A DNA stretch of 64,000 nt from NCBI GenBank assembly GCA_035352955.1, contig DAOPYQ010000009.1:8088-72087 (forward strand). The letters are read 5' to 3'. The DNA is from Candidatus Omnitrophota bacterium. GTDB lineage: Bacteria > Omnitrophota > Omnitrophia > Omnitrophales > Aquincolibacteriaceae. The stretch's first letter is position 1. Each line of letters opens with the position of its first letter. The position numbers and the translations under genes were made by a program. Shown here in pieces: positions 46,447 through 56,316 of this stretch. The notes below the pieces were generated by a model. The model was not told where the DNA came from. It ran no database searches and worked only from the letters and a program-made list of their open reading frames with translations.

Positions 46447-47664
46447 TTATGCCTGGGCGAAAACTTCCCTCGCGACGATGCCGACCACGCCAAGCGCGAC
46501 GGCGTTCTCGCCGAAAGCCGACGGAATGATCTTCACCTGAGTCGCAGCTTCTTCAACGGCCCATTCTTTGACCGTATTCTTGATCGAGTCAAGAAGCGGC
46601 GCGCCGCAATCCTCGATCCCGCCGCCGATCACAACAACTTCAGGGTTGAGAAGATTGACGATAAACGCTATTTTTTTGCCGAGATCCTGCCCCGCCTGTT
46701 CGACAACCTTAAGGGCCACGGCATCCTTTTCCTTCACGGCTTTCACGAGATCTTTGAACGCAAGCTTGTTGAGATCTCCCTGCACATAATCTTTCAAAAC
46801 CGAGGCTTCGCCCTTTTCGACTTTCTCGCGGGCGTTCCGGACCATCCCGATGTCCGCTTCCCATCGCCCGAGCTGCGTCGCGATCTTAAAGGAATAGTCC
46901 TTGCTGGCGTGCGGACTCGTGATGCCAAGTTCCCCGGCGGCGCCGTTCGCCCCGCGGTAGATCTCCTCATTCATCAGGATACCGCACCCGACGCCGGAGA
47001 ACATGTAAACCATATGGCGCACGTCGCGATCCAGACCAAGCCACTTTTCGCCCAGCACGGCCGCGTTCGCGTCGTTTTCGACGATCGTTGGAATGTTGAG
47101 ACGCTTTTCGAAAGTGTCTTTGATGGAAGAGCACACCGAAATATCTTTGTCGCCGAGGCTTTGCGGCCAACGGATCGTACGGCCGCGTTCATCAATGATG
47201 CCCGGGACGCCGACCCCGACGCCGACGATCTTGGATTTGTCGATCTCGGCTTTTTCGATGATCTCCGCCGCAAGATCGACCATCTGCAGGATGACCTTCT
47301 CGGAATTCTCCGGAGCGCGTTCGCGTTTCACCTCGCTGATCACGTTGATCTCAAGGTCCACCAAAACGCCCACCATGCTCATCATATTGAGGCCAACGCC
47401 GACGATGTATCCGGCCTTGGGGTTGAGTTCCACGAGCACGGGCTTGCGTCCGCCGGTGGATTCATCCAGTTCGCCTTCGACAACAAGACCCTTCTTGATG
47501 TAATGATTCACGTAGTTGGACACCGTCACGATATTCAGTTCGGTAAGTTTTGAAATGTCGGTACGTGAAATAGGGCCGTTCTTGCGGACCACTTCGAGGA
47601 TGCCAAGATTCTTTCTTTCCTTGTCGGTCAAAATGCGATCTTTGAGCATTTGCTTGATGATCAT
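46447..47664 (-). CDS. ROK-family transcriptional regulator (NagC/XylR-like)
   Basis: Start set at MIIKQMLKD (AAAGGAG RBS 12 nt upstream). N-terminal wHTH (ISRTDISKLTELNIVTVSNYVNHYIKKGLV). ROK sugar-kinase-like body with GVGVGVPGIID. Confidence 0.8.
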   Translation of the reverse strand: MIIKQMLKDRILTDKERKNLGILEVVRKNGPISRTDISKLTELNIVTVSNYVNHYIKKGLVVEGELDESTGGRKPVLVELNPKAGYIVGVGLNMMSMVGVLVDLEINVISEVKRERAPENSEKVILQMVDLAAEIIEKAEIDKSKIVGVGVGVPGIIDERGRTIRWPQSLGDKDISVCSSIKDTFEKRLNIPTIVENDANAAVLGEKWLGLDRDVRHMVYMFSGVGCGILMNEEIYRGANGAAGELGITSPHASKDYSFKIATQLGRWEADIGMVRNAREKVEKGEASVLKDYVQGDLNKLAFKDLVKAVKEKDAVALKVVEQAGQDLGKKIAFIVNLLNPEVVVIGGGIEDCGAPLLDSIKNTVKEWAVEEAATQVKIIPSAFGENAVALGVVGIVAREVFAQA

Positions 47665-47841
47665 GGGGCGATTGCTCCTTTTTCCAAGGTTGGCTCTTGC
47701 TGTAACATTATTATTTACAGTGATATAAGCGCCACTACCGGCACCTATTTTAACTCGAAACAATGCTTTTTCAAACCATTAATTGAGCGGCGTTTGTACC
47801 ACCTTTAAAGAACATTTTCGCTCTTTTTTGATCCTTAAAGC

Positions 47842-49968
47842 TTAACTGTAAAAATCTTCCTTCAGAAGATCTTTGGCTTTTTGCGCGATCGGGTCTTTAT
47901 GAAAGATTTCTTGGATAATGCCTTTTTTTAAGTGATTGGCCAAGGCCAGCAGAATCATCCCTTGGTCGAGAGCAAGATACTGGCTGTCTACTCTTCCGCC
48001 CGGAAAAGAGATCGAATCATAAAACCCGTAGACCCCGTAAGCCTCAAACTTCAACAGCTCGCGAATATTTTTAATGGCGTCCTTCGGCAAAGTCTCAAGA
48101 GCGAGACATGCGGCGTACGGAGCGATCACTCCTTTGTCGGGGTACCCTTTCGCGCCGAGCTTTTTAACGCCATACTCGCCGTACTGCCATTGCCGGCCGC
48201 TCGCCGTAGCCGCAGGAGAGATTCCCCAAACAGGATACTTCTTTTCTTTAAGCGCGTAATCCCTATGAATCTCCGTCGCAATCCTGTTGTTGCGACCCAA
48301 CCCCTTCGGCGCAAGCTTCCCCTCCTGGATCACAAGCGCCGGCATCAGGAACTCAAAAAGGGATCCTCCCCAGCTCGGAACGAACTTTTCCTTGCCGTTT
48401 TCATAATAACCTTGGAAATAATCGACGCCTTCGCGCTGAACCATTCTTCCCCTCGGCTTCTGGGTCTGCCAATCCCATGCGTCGGGCGCCGTCCGGTATA
48501 AATACCACCAGTGCTCACGCGGCAGATCCCCTTTCCCGATCCCAAAAAAGCTCATCGCCCGGGCCTCTGTCACGAGCATCCCATAATGGTAGGGCGCGGG
48601 GCTGTCGCGGGTTGTGTCATACCCCAGGACCAGGTGGTTGTTCTCCGGATCAAGAAATTCCTGAAAATGCATTTCATCAAGGAACCGCGACGCCTGCTTG
48701 GCGATCTCGCCCGGGAAAGCCTGCCGGGTCACCACAAAAGCAATGGCGAGCCACCCGTTGTCCACGCTTGAAACAAAATTATTCGTAACGTTCAGCCGCG
48801 TCGTTTCATAAAAGTTAAAGAAGAAGCCCTTCCACCGTTGGAGCTTCCCGAGCGTCGCAAAAACTTTTGCGACCCTTTCGGCGGCTTTTTCGTTCGAAAT
48901 GATCCCGAGCTCTCTCGCGGCGACCGTGCCCATCAGATCCATCGCAATGTTCGTGGGAGAGGTGTACATGGCCGCGAGGGGGAAATCCCCCGTTTTGATG
49001 TGATCGACCACGAGATCGTTCTCCCGATTCGCGGCTTCTTCGAAATAACGCCAGGTGTCCCGCGCGATCACGGAAAGCATTTCGGAATCCTTTTTAGTCT
49101 CCAAAAGCTGTTTGCGCCGGCCGCTGTCGAAAACCACCCTCGGAAATCCTTTCAAATTGTCCTCCGTACTTTCAAACCCGACCTCCGGATGGCCAAAGAA
49201 AGCGATCTCGTCAAACCTGAGCTTCCCGACGGACCTTTTATTCCCGGCCGTGATCGTAATGTCCAGGTGGTCCAGTTGATCCAAGTCCAGGCCTCTGAAA
49301 GTCTCTATCGGTAAGATCGCGTCATTCCACTTCGGAGTTTCGAGACAAGCGCCCGTAATATCGCCGGCGACGGTTCGCCCAGACCAGTCGGTCAGAAAAA
49401 TCTGAATGCGCCCGTCAAAAGGACCCGTGCCCGCCGGTTCGAGCTTGCATTTGACCGCGACAAAATGGGCGGCGCTCATATCGAGCCTCGCGAGCGGACT
49501 CGCGAGCGAGACCTGCTCCTGCTTTCTGAGGTTGAACCGGACCTCCAATGAATGCCCGGCCCTCATCCCGCGCGCGTCCTCTTTGCTTCTTTCGAGACGC
49601 ACATTTCCCGCCTTCTCTCCCTCGAGAGTCCAGAGAGAACCGAAGCGGTTCTTTTTGTCCGGGGATGAAAAATCATCGATGACCTTGAATTGGGTCGAAA
49701 TGATCAGCGGCTTGCCGGCGGGAACTGTTTGATAAACACGCTCCGCCTCAAGGGGCTGATCCTCTGGGGCAGGGCCGATCTGCTGGAGATAGATTTTTTT
49801 CTGTTCGCCGGGAGCTGCGGAAATTTGGGGAGGAGTCTGGCGGCGCGGCTTTTGAGCGGCAGTTCCCTCCCGGGCCGCGGCGCCTAAAACCGCCAACGTC
49901 ATAAAAAAGAAAAAAGCGCCCCTCAGGTTTTTTACAAAACCCGGGGAGCGCTTTTTTTTCTCAGGCAT
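47842..49968 (-). CDS. Secreted glycoside-hydrolase-like protein (six-hairpin/glucoamylase-like fold suspected; family uncertain)
   Basis: Signal peptide. 708 aa. C-terminal two-thirds rich in W/Y/D/E residues in a pattern reminiscent of (alpha/alpha)6 glycosidases. Immediately downstream of the GH94 phosphorylase. Confidence 0.55.
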   Translation of the reverse strand: MPEKKKRSPGFVKNLRGAFFFFMTLAVLGAAAREGTAAQKPRRQTPPQISAAPGEQKKIYLQQIGPAPEDQPLEAERVYQTVPAGKPLIISTQFKVIDDFSSPDKKNRFGSLWTLEGEKAGNVRLERSKEDARGMRAGHSLEVRFNLRKQEQVSLASPLARLDMSAAHFVAVKCKLEPAGTGPFDGRIQIFLTDWSGRTVAGDITGACLETPKWNDAILPIETFRGLDLDQLDHLDITITAGNKRSVGKLRFDEIAFFGHPEVGFESTEDNLKGFPRVVFDSGRRKQLLETKKDSEMLSVIARDTWRYFEEAANRENDLVVDHIKTGDFPLAAMYTSPTNIAMDLMGTVAARELGIISNEKAAERVAKVFATLGKLQRWKGFFFNFYETTRLNVTNNFVSSVDNGWLAIAFVVTRQAFPGEIAKQASRFLDEMHFQEFLDPENNHLVLGYDTTRDSPAPYHYGMLVTEARAMSFFGIGKGDLPREHWWYLYRTAPDAWDWQTQKPRGRMVQREGVDYFQGYYENGKEKFVPSWGGSLFEFLMPALVIQEGKLAPKGLGRNNRIATEIHRDYALKEKKYPVWGISPAATASGRQWQYGEYGVKKLGAKGYPDKGVIAPYAACLALETLPKDAIKNIRELLKFEAYGVYGFYDSISFPGGRVDSQYLALDQGMILLALANHLKKGIIQEIFHKDPIAQKAKDLLKEDFYS

Positions 49969-49978
49969 GAGCCGCCTC

Positions 49979-52444
49979 TCAACCGAGCGTAACTTCGACC
50001 CGGTGGGTTCTCCCGTCGCGAAGATCGGGAATAAGATTCGCCTTCTGCTTCTTTCCGTCCACCAGGAGTTCTTTGACCCCTTGCCCGGCGCCCGCGGGAT
50101 TTTTGACCTCGATCAGATAGGTCGTACCGCGGAAAAGACGTTTCATTTTAAATCCATTCCACTTTTTCGGGATCACCGGATCGACCAGCAGTCCGTTCGC
50201 GACAGGGCGAATGCCTAAAAGCCAATTCATCGCGACCACGGCGTACCACCCCGCAGAGCCGGTGTACCAGGTCCACCCGCCGCGCCCGTTGTTGGGAGAA
50301 TCGGGTCCGTCCACATTTCCGGGCGTCACATAAGGCTCCGCGTAATAAAGGTCCGGCTCCATCCCCCGCAGCGCCGGGTTGAAGCTTTTATAAACCTGAT
50401 AAGCTTGTTCTCCGTCGCGCATCATCGCTTCGGCCTGCACCGCCCAGGTTCCGGCATGCGTGTAAAGCCCGCCGTTCTCGCGAACGGACGGCGCATAACG
50501 GGTGATATAGCCGATCGAGGCATCGGTCTGGTTGTAACCAGGAGTCAAAAGCAGCGGCCCGTATTTTTTGTAGAGCCATTTCGCCGCAGAATCCATGGCG
50601 ATGCGTGCGCGTTTTTCGTCCGCGGTCCCCATCATCACGGCCCAGGTCTGACAATTCAAAAAGATCTTGCCGGTCTCACATTTTTTGCTGCCGAGGGGAC
50701 GCCCGTCATCGCGCGTGGCGCCGAGATACCATTCCCCGTCCCAACCGTGTTCATTAATGGCGCGCTTAAGAGATTCGGCCCGTTTCAGATATTCCGCAGC
50801 TTTTGCTTTGTCGCCCCGCTTTTCCATGAGCGGCGCGATGCGGTTCAGGATGCCGTAGAGAAAGTGCCCGAGCCAGATTGATTCGCCTTTCCATTTAATC
50901 CCGACATGACTCAAGCCATCGTTCCAATCGCACTCGCCCATCAGCGGCAACCCGCGCGGAGAAAACCGCGTCAGCGCTTTATCGACCGCTCGGAGAAGAT
51001 GGTCGTAAAGCGGGCCGGAGGTGATTTTTTTCGCCGGATCCTTCGGGTCAGCAAGGAACTTCACATCGGTATCGAGAATGGACTCGTCCGCCGTCTCATC
51101 AAGATAATTCAGCGTGATGTAGTCGAGCCACAAAAGATCGTCGGAGCAGTTGGTGATCGCTCCCATGCCCGTCCCATGGTGCCACCAGTGGTACACCGTG
51201 CCGTCCGGGAATTGCTGCTCGGCGTGGAGAAGGATCTGCTTTTTCGCAAGCTCCGGACGCGTCGCGAAAAAGATCTGGCAGTCCTGAAGCTGGTCGCGAA
51301 ACCCGTAGCCGCCGCTCGACTGGTAGTACGCGCATTTTCCCCAAATGCGCGCGGAAATCGCTTGGTATTTCATCCAGGTGTTCGTCATGAAATTGAGCGC
51401 CTCGTCCGGCGTTTCGACTTCGGTCGCCCGAACAAAGGAATCCCACAGCGACTTCACCTTGGAAAGCTCGAGCTCCGCAGCATTCGGCGACGAATACTTT
51501 TTAATGATCCGTTCGGCCTCTTCGCGCGTCCGGGTAGAACCCAACATAAAAACGATCGTCTTTGCTTCTTTTGGCGCAAGATCCACATCGATTTGAAGAC
51601 TGGCGGAGGCGTCGCCCCATTTCCCCTCGGAATTGCGGCACTTCCCCTCCACGACCGCGGCGGGAGCATGCTGCTCGCCGTAACGGCCAAGAAACGCTTC
51701 CTTGTCGCCATCGTACGCGACAGGCTTGGGATACGCGGCGTGAAAACCTTGCAAAGGTTTCTCCACGGCGCCGGTCGAAATAAACCCGGGCACAAGCGGC
51801 GCGCGTTTGATCCCATGGATGCAACCGTTCTTGCGGTCGATCCAGGTTTCGATAAAGGTTTTCTGAAACTCACGGTGTGTATCGGTCCAGCTGCCGAGGC
51901 ACCAGTCAAAATAAGTAAAAAGACTGATGCGCCGCTTCTTCCCGCTCTCGTTCCTTACGGTCACTTTCCAGACCTCGACCGGATCTTCGACGTCCACGAA
52001 AACAGTTTTCTCGAAACGGATCCCGTTCAGCTTTGAAGTCAGCACCGAATACCCCTGCCCGTGACGGACCTCAAAAAAATCATACTTGGGCGTGCACGGC
52101 TTCCAGGTCCCGGACCAGTAATCTCCGTTATCGCGATCGCGGAGATAAATGTACTTCCCCCAGTTGTCGCGGATCAGGTCTTGATCCCACCGCGTGATCC
52201 TGGAAAGGTTGGAGTTGTCGCGCCAGGAGAACCCGGAGCCGGTTTGCGATTCGATCATGCCGTAATCACCGTTGGAGATCACGTTCACCCACGGACGCGG
52301 CGTGTCAGGGCGCGTGATGACGAATTCCCGGCCGTCCGGCGTGAAGTACCCGTACTTGGAAGCGAATTTTTTTTCGACGTTGGCGTCCGCGGCCCGCGGC
52401 TCACGGTTGAGTGCTTTTCTTTTAGCTTTTATTTTCTTCGGCAT
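49979..52444 (-). CDS. GH94-family glycoside phosphorylase (cellobiose/beta-1,2-oligoglucan phosphorylase-like)
   Basis: N-terminus YFTPDGREFVITRPDTPRPWVNVISNG...GSGFSW parallels cellobiose phosphorylase ([27 protein letters not shown]...GGYSF). MGECDWNDGLSH and EHGWDGEWYLGATRDDGRPLGSKKCETGKIFLNCQTWAVMMG match the GRADWNDCLNL and EHGWDGQWFLRAYDY...IWIEPQGFAVMAG regions. Confidence 0.85.
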   Translation of the reverse strand: MPKKIKAKRKALNREPRAADANVEKKFASKYGYFTPDGREFVITRPDTPRPWVNVISNGDYGMIESQTGSGFSWRDNSNLSRITRWDQDLIRDNWGKYIYLRDRDNGDYWSGTWKPCTPKYDFFEVRHGQGYSVLTSKLNGIRFEKTVFVDVEDPVEVWKVTVRNESGKKRRISLFTYFDWCLGSWTDTHREFQKTFIETWIDRKNGCIHGIKRAPLVPGFISTGAVEKPLQGFHAAYPKPVAYDGDKEAFLGRYGEQHAPAAVVEGKCRNSEGKWGDASASLQIDVDLAPKEAKTIVFMLGSTRTREEAERIIKKYSSPNAAELELSKVKSLWDSFVRATEVETPDEALNFMTNTWMKYQAISARIWGKCAYYQSSGGYGFRDQLQDCQIFFATRPELAKKQILLHAEQQFPDGTVYHWWHHGTGMGAITNCSDDLLWLDYITLNYLDETADESILDTDVKFLADPKDPAKKITSGPLYDHLLRAVDKALTRFSPRGLPLMGECDWNDGLSHVGIKWKGESIWLGHFLYGILNRIAPLMEKRGDKAKAAEYLKRAESLKRAINEHGWDGEWYLGATRDDGRPLGSKKCETGKIFLNCQTWAVMMGTADEKRARIAMDSAAKWLYKKYGPLLLTPGYNQTDASIGYITRYAPSVRENGGLYTHAGTWAVQAEAMMRDGEQAYQVYKSFNPALRGMEPDLYYAEPYVTPGNVDGPDSPNNGRGGWTWYTGSAGWYAVVAMNWLLGIRPVANGLLVDPVIPKKWNGFKMKRLFRGTTYLIEVKNPAGAGQGVKELLVDGKKQKANLIPDLRDGRTHRVEVTLG

Positions 52445-52497
52445 GGATAAAAAAGTCCCTTTGTATGTGTTTTTGTCGTGGAAGAATCTTTTCGCGT

Positions 52498-53796
52498 TTA
52501 CTGTTTTTGCTGCAGCTTTTCGTTGATCTTCGGCGCAAGTTCTTTCATCGCCTCAACCGCCGTTTTTTTCCCGTTAAAAACAAGATCCAACGCCGGGTTG
52601 ATGAACTTCTCTTCTATTTCGCGCCACTCCGGATGGAAGGGGCTGAAGACCACGTGCTTGACCGCTTCGTTGAGCATCTTTTTGTTTGCAGGAGGCGCCG
52701 GATCTTTGGCAAAAGCGTCGCTTTCGGCAACGGACATCCGCGCCGGTTGCGCGAGGCCCCGTTTCGCGAATTGTTTTTGCCCTTCGGGCGCGGTCAACGC
52801 CTTGATCACTTCCCACGCTTCCTTTTTCCGTTTGGACGACCGCAGCAACGCATAGCCGGTCCCGCCGGTCCCGAACGCGCGGATCCCCTGATCGTTCTTC
52901 GGGAACATCACGACGTCCCACTGGAAATCATAATTGCGAAATTGCGGAGTTTCCCAGATCCCGGAAAGGAACATCGCGATCCGGCCATTGGTGAACATCT
53001 GATCCGCACCCATCCCGAAGTTCCGAAAAGCCACAGGCGTCGGCATCGCGTCATAGAGGTTGCTCAGATCCGCGTAGAACTGCAGGCCTGCGATCGACTT
53101 GGGATCGTCCAGAAGCGTTCTCTTCGGCTCCGCAACATTGTCGACGAGTCCGCCGCCGTTCCCGTAGATGAAATTCTGCCAAGCCCATCCGTAGAATCCG
53201 TACTGGGTCACGCGACCAGCATCGTCTTTCTTGGTCAATTGCCGGGCTAACCGTAAAAGATCGGCCCAGGTCCAGTCATCGGTCGGATAAGGAAGGCCTG
53301 CGGCGTCAAAAAGCTTTTTGTTGTAATAGACGCACGCAAACGGTGCGATGTCCCGCGGCGCGGCGTAAAGTTTCCCGCGATAAGCAAAGCGATTGATGAC
53401 CGGCGGGAAAAAATCCGACTTGTTAAAACCTTCCGGGTCCGAGGTCACATACGGGGTCAGGTCTTCAAGGACTCCCTTGGTGGCAAACGTCACAAACTGG
53501 TCGACTTCGGTTGCGATGATGTCCGGCGCCGCGCCTCCGGCGATCCGCGTAAGGATCTTGCTGGCGTATCCGGTATAGGGGGTATGCTCAAATACGATCT
53601 TGATCTCGGGATGTTTTTTCTGCCACCCCGAAATGGATTCCGTGATAATGTCAATCTCTTCGGGGGTACCCCAAAAGCTGACCTTCACTTCCGTGGCGCC
53701 TTTGTTATCCTGCGCTTGGGAACCGCAGCCGGCCAAAATAAAGATCATAAAAAGAACAAAAAAACCCTTCGCCCAATCGTTTTTTACTGTCAACAT
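52498..53796 (-). CDS. ABC transporter extracellular solute-binding lipoprotein (carbohydrate family 1)
   Basis: Lipobox FMIFILAGCGSQ. SBP_bac_1-like body. No permease or ATPase genes adjacent. Confidence 0.85.
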   Translation of the reverse strand: MLTVKNDWAKGFFVLFMIFILAGCGSQAQDNKGATEVKVSFWGTPEEIDIITESISGWQKKHPEIKIVFEHTPYTGYASKILTRIAGGAAPDIIATEVDQFVTFATKGVLEDLTPYVTSDPEGFNKSDFFPPVINRFAYRGKLYAAPRDIAPFACVYYNKKLFDAAGLPYPTDDWTWADLLRLARQLTKKDDAGRVTQYGFYGWAWQNFIYGNGGGLVDNVAEPKRTLLDDPKSIAGLQFYADLSNLYDAMPTPVAFRNFGMGADQMFTNGRIAMFLSGIWETPQFRNYDFQWDVVMFPKNDQGIRAFGTGGTGYALLRSSKRKKEAWEVIKALTAPEGQKQFAKRGLAQPARMSVAESDAFAKDPAPPANKKMLNEAVKHVVFSPFHPEWREIEEKFINPALDLVFNGKKTAVEAMKELAPKINEKLQQKQ

Positions 53797-53925
53797 TCGG
53801 AATTTCCTTTTTTTGAAAGGCCTTTACCGGAGCTGCTAGAGATTGTTCGTTCCCACAAAAATATACACGACAAAGTCCGTGGATTATAGCATGGTGCTTT
53901 TTGAAGTCAAAACTCCCTTTTGTTC

Positions 53926-54870
53926 TTACCCTCGTGAAAGGCCGACCTTCTGGAGCATACGGTCAAGATCATCCAAAGACGTGTAGTGAATTTCGATGCG
54001 CCCTTCTTTCTGGTTCTTCTTGGGGTAAATCTTGACCTGCGCACCGAGATGATGAACGAGCCGGTTTTCAAGATCGACGATCTCCGCGCTCAGATGCCGC
54101 GCGGTCTTCGCCTTCCTTTTATGAGCGTTGCTCCGCGTCACGATCAATTCCACCTGGCGAACCGAGAGATTCTCCTCGACGATTCTCTTGGCCATCTGCC
54201 TCTGATGTTCGGGCGTTAACATCCCGAGCAGCGCCCGGGCATGCCCTGCGGAAAGCTGCCCCGAAACCATGTACGCTTTAATTTCGTCGGGCAGGCGCAA
54301 AAGCCGGAGCGTGTTCGTAACTGTTGTGCGATTCTTCCCCACGCGTTTGGCGACCTCCTCCTGGGAGATCATCCGCTCTTCCACAAGCCTCTGATAAGCT
54401 TCCGCCTCTTCGAGAGGATTCAGGTCCTGTCGCTGAATGTTCTCGATCAACGCCCATTCGAGAAAATCCTCAGTGGCGATGTCTTTGACCACGGCCGGAA
54501 CTGAGGCCAACCCGCATGCCTTAGCCGCGCGAAACCGTCGCTCGCCGCAAATAAGCCGGTATTGATTTTCCGCGGTGCGTTTGACGATGACCGGCTGGAG
54601 GATCCCTTTTTCGCGGATCGAGTTCGCTAACTCGTCAATGGCAACGGGGTCGAACACCTGGCGCGGCTGGTCCTCGTTCGGCAAAATGTGCTCGACTGAG
54701 ATCATTTGAAATCCCGGTCCCGAAGAAGTCGCTTGAGCGACAACCGTTTCGGTTTTTGAAAAGGTTTGATCGAAATTTTCCTTCGACGGTTCCGGTATGA
54801 CGGCTGCCATTTGTTCCTTGTAGCTATCCGGTATCAATGCACTTAATCCTTTACCAAGCGCTTTTTTCAT
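53926..54870 (-). CDS. parB: Chromosome partitioning protein ParB/Spo0J
   Basis: MKKALGKGLSALIP N-terminus. ParB box II GERRFRAAK. HTH. C-terminal dimerisation region. Confidence 0.9.
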   Translation of the reverse strand: MKKALGKGLSALIPDSYKEQMAAVIPEPSKENFDQTFSKTETVVAQATSSGPGFQMISVEHILPNEDQPRQVFDPVAIDELANSIREKGILQPVIVKRTAENQYRLICGERRFRAAKACGLASVPAVVKDIATEDFLEWALIENIQRQDLNPLEEAEAYQRLVEERMISQEEVAKRVGKNRTTVTNTLRLLRLPDEIKAYMVSGQLSAGHARALLGMLTPEHQRQMAKRIVEENLSVRQVELIVTRSNAHKRKAKTARHLSAEIVDLENRLVHHLGAQVKIYPKKNQKEGRIEIHYTSLDDLDRMLQKVGLSRG

Positions 54871-54904
54871 AATCGTAACTCCTTATCTCTTAAAAGGTTA
54901 TGCT

Positions 54905-55777
54905 TCAAGAATTTGTTTGGGCTGCCGGAACTTGTTCGCCAGTGCCTTCAGTTGCCGGAGCTTCCTGAACGACTGTTTTGGTTTCGCCGGAAAAAATCTT
55001 CCGGTCCTCTTCGGTTCCAAATCTCACCAAAAATTCTTTTGCCAAATCCACGTAACTTTTGGATCCGCGGCTACTGGGATCATAAATGACCGCCGGTTTC
55101 CCAAAACTAGGCGCTTCGGACAATTTCACCGACCGCGGCACCACGGTCTGGAAAACTTTTTCTTTAAAATAATTCCGGACCTCTTCGATCACCTGCTGCG
55201 TCAGATTGGTCCTGGCATCCGCCATCGTAAGAATGACACCCCCAAGCTCGAGGTCGCTGTGAAGGTTTTTCTTTACGAGTTGGTATGTATTGAGAAGCTG
55301 TCCGAGCCCCTCAAGAGCATAATACTCACATTGAAGAGGAATTACAACATAACTACTTGCAGTTAAAGCATTTATGCTCGTCAATCCCAAAGACGGCGGG
55401 CAGTCAAGAAAGATGTAATCATAATCTTTCTCAATTTTTTTAAGCTGATTCAAAAGAATGTATTCTCTTTTTTCTTGAGAAATCAGATGCATCTCCGCCC
55501 CAGCAAGATGCGCATTAGACGGAATAATTTTTAAATTCTCTATTGTTGTTACTTTAATACATGTGTTAGGGTCAGAGTTTTCCACAAGAAGTTGATATGC
55601 TGTGGATTCGTTTTCATTCTTCTCTATCCCAAGCCCGCTTGTAGCATTGCCTTGTGCATCAAGATCTATTAACAAAACCTTCTTTCCATTCATCGCCAAA
55701 ACAGCTGCGATGTTTATTACTGACGTTGTTTTTCCAACGCCCCCTTTCTGATTAAAAAAAGAATATGTTTTCCCCAT
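54905..55777 (-). CDS. parA: Chromosome partitioning ATPase ParA/Soj (with ~35 aa C-terminal extension)
   Basis: Deviant Walker A NQKGGVGKTT. Rest of the ParA fold. GGAGGA RBS. The 5' ~450 nt are conspicuously AT-rich. Confidence 0.9.
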   Translation of the reverse strand: MGKTYSFFNQKGGVGKTTSVINIAAVLAMNGKKVLLIDLDAQGNATSGLGIEKNENESTAYQLLVENSDPNTCIKVTTIENLKIIPSNAHLAGAEMHLISQEKREYILLNQLKKIEKDYDYIFLDCPPSLGLTSINALTASSYVVIPLQCEYYALEGLGQLLNTYQLVKKNLHSDLELGGVILTMADARTNLTQQVIEEVRNYFKEKVFQTVVPRSVKLSEAPSFGKPAVIYDPSSRGSKSYVDLAKEFLVRFGTEEDRKIFSGETKTVVQEAPATEGTGEQVPAAQTNS

Positions 55778-55789
55778 AGATCCTCCGGA

Positions 55790-55805
55790 TGTTTCACGTG
55801 AAACG
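55790..55805. promoter_or_regulatory. parS centromere-like site (TGTTTCACGTGAAACG; 15/16 to the TGTTNCACGTGAAACA consensus), immediately upstream of the parA RBS
   Basis: Near-perfect 16-bp palindrome read directly from the sequence. Its position suggests parAB autoregulation. Confidence 0.7.
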
Positions 55806-56122
55806 TTGGCTTATATAATATATGACATCGACAACAACTGCGGATATTTTACATGCCTTTTTTCGTCTTGCAACTTAAAAGTTTGCGGAAACATCTAAAA
55901 GAATCTTATGTAAATAGGCGTTTCTAGACAGAAAAAAACAATCTTTGTCTGTCCTTGAATTCATCCCGCAGGAGAACAATCTATGCGATTTTGAAGAATC
56001 AAATCCGGAAGAAACTTTGCCCGCGATTTTTTCCAAGGAGCAATGAAAGACTGTCCCATAAAAAATTCGCGCCATAGTACATTAAAATCTATCTTAAATC
56101 GAAACGTAAGGATTCGTTCTAA

Positions 56123-56138
56123 TGTTTCACGTGGAACG
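56123..56138. promoter_or_regulatory. Second parS-like site (TGTTTCACGTGGAACG; reverse complement CGTTCCACGTGAAACA)
   Basis: 14-15/16 match to the parS consensus. Lies in the AT-rich parA-mnmG intergenic region, 330 bp from the first site. Confidence 0.6.
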
Positions 56139-56316
56139 TAAGAAATATGAATCTTCGCAACAGTTTCTATATAAACGATTTGATCTCTTACATAATAAGA
56201 CTATGACGATTCATATTCTCATTTTTTATATAGAGTTACAGTAAAATAGACTTGCGCTAAGAAAAGACACTTCTTTAGCTTCACGCAAGCGTTATAGTAT
56301 TGTTTTTTCTTGGAGG

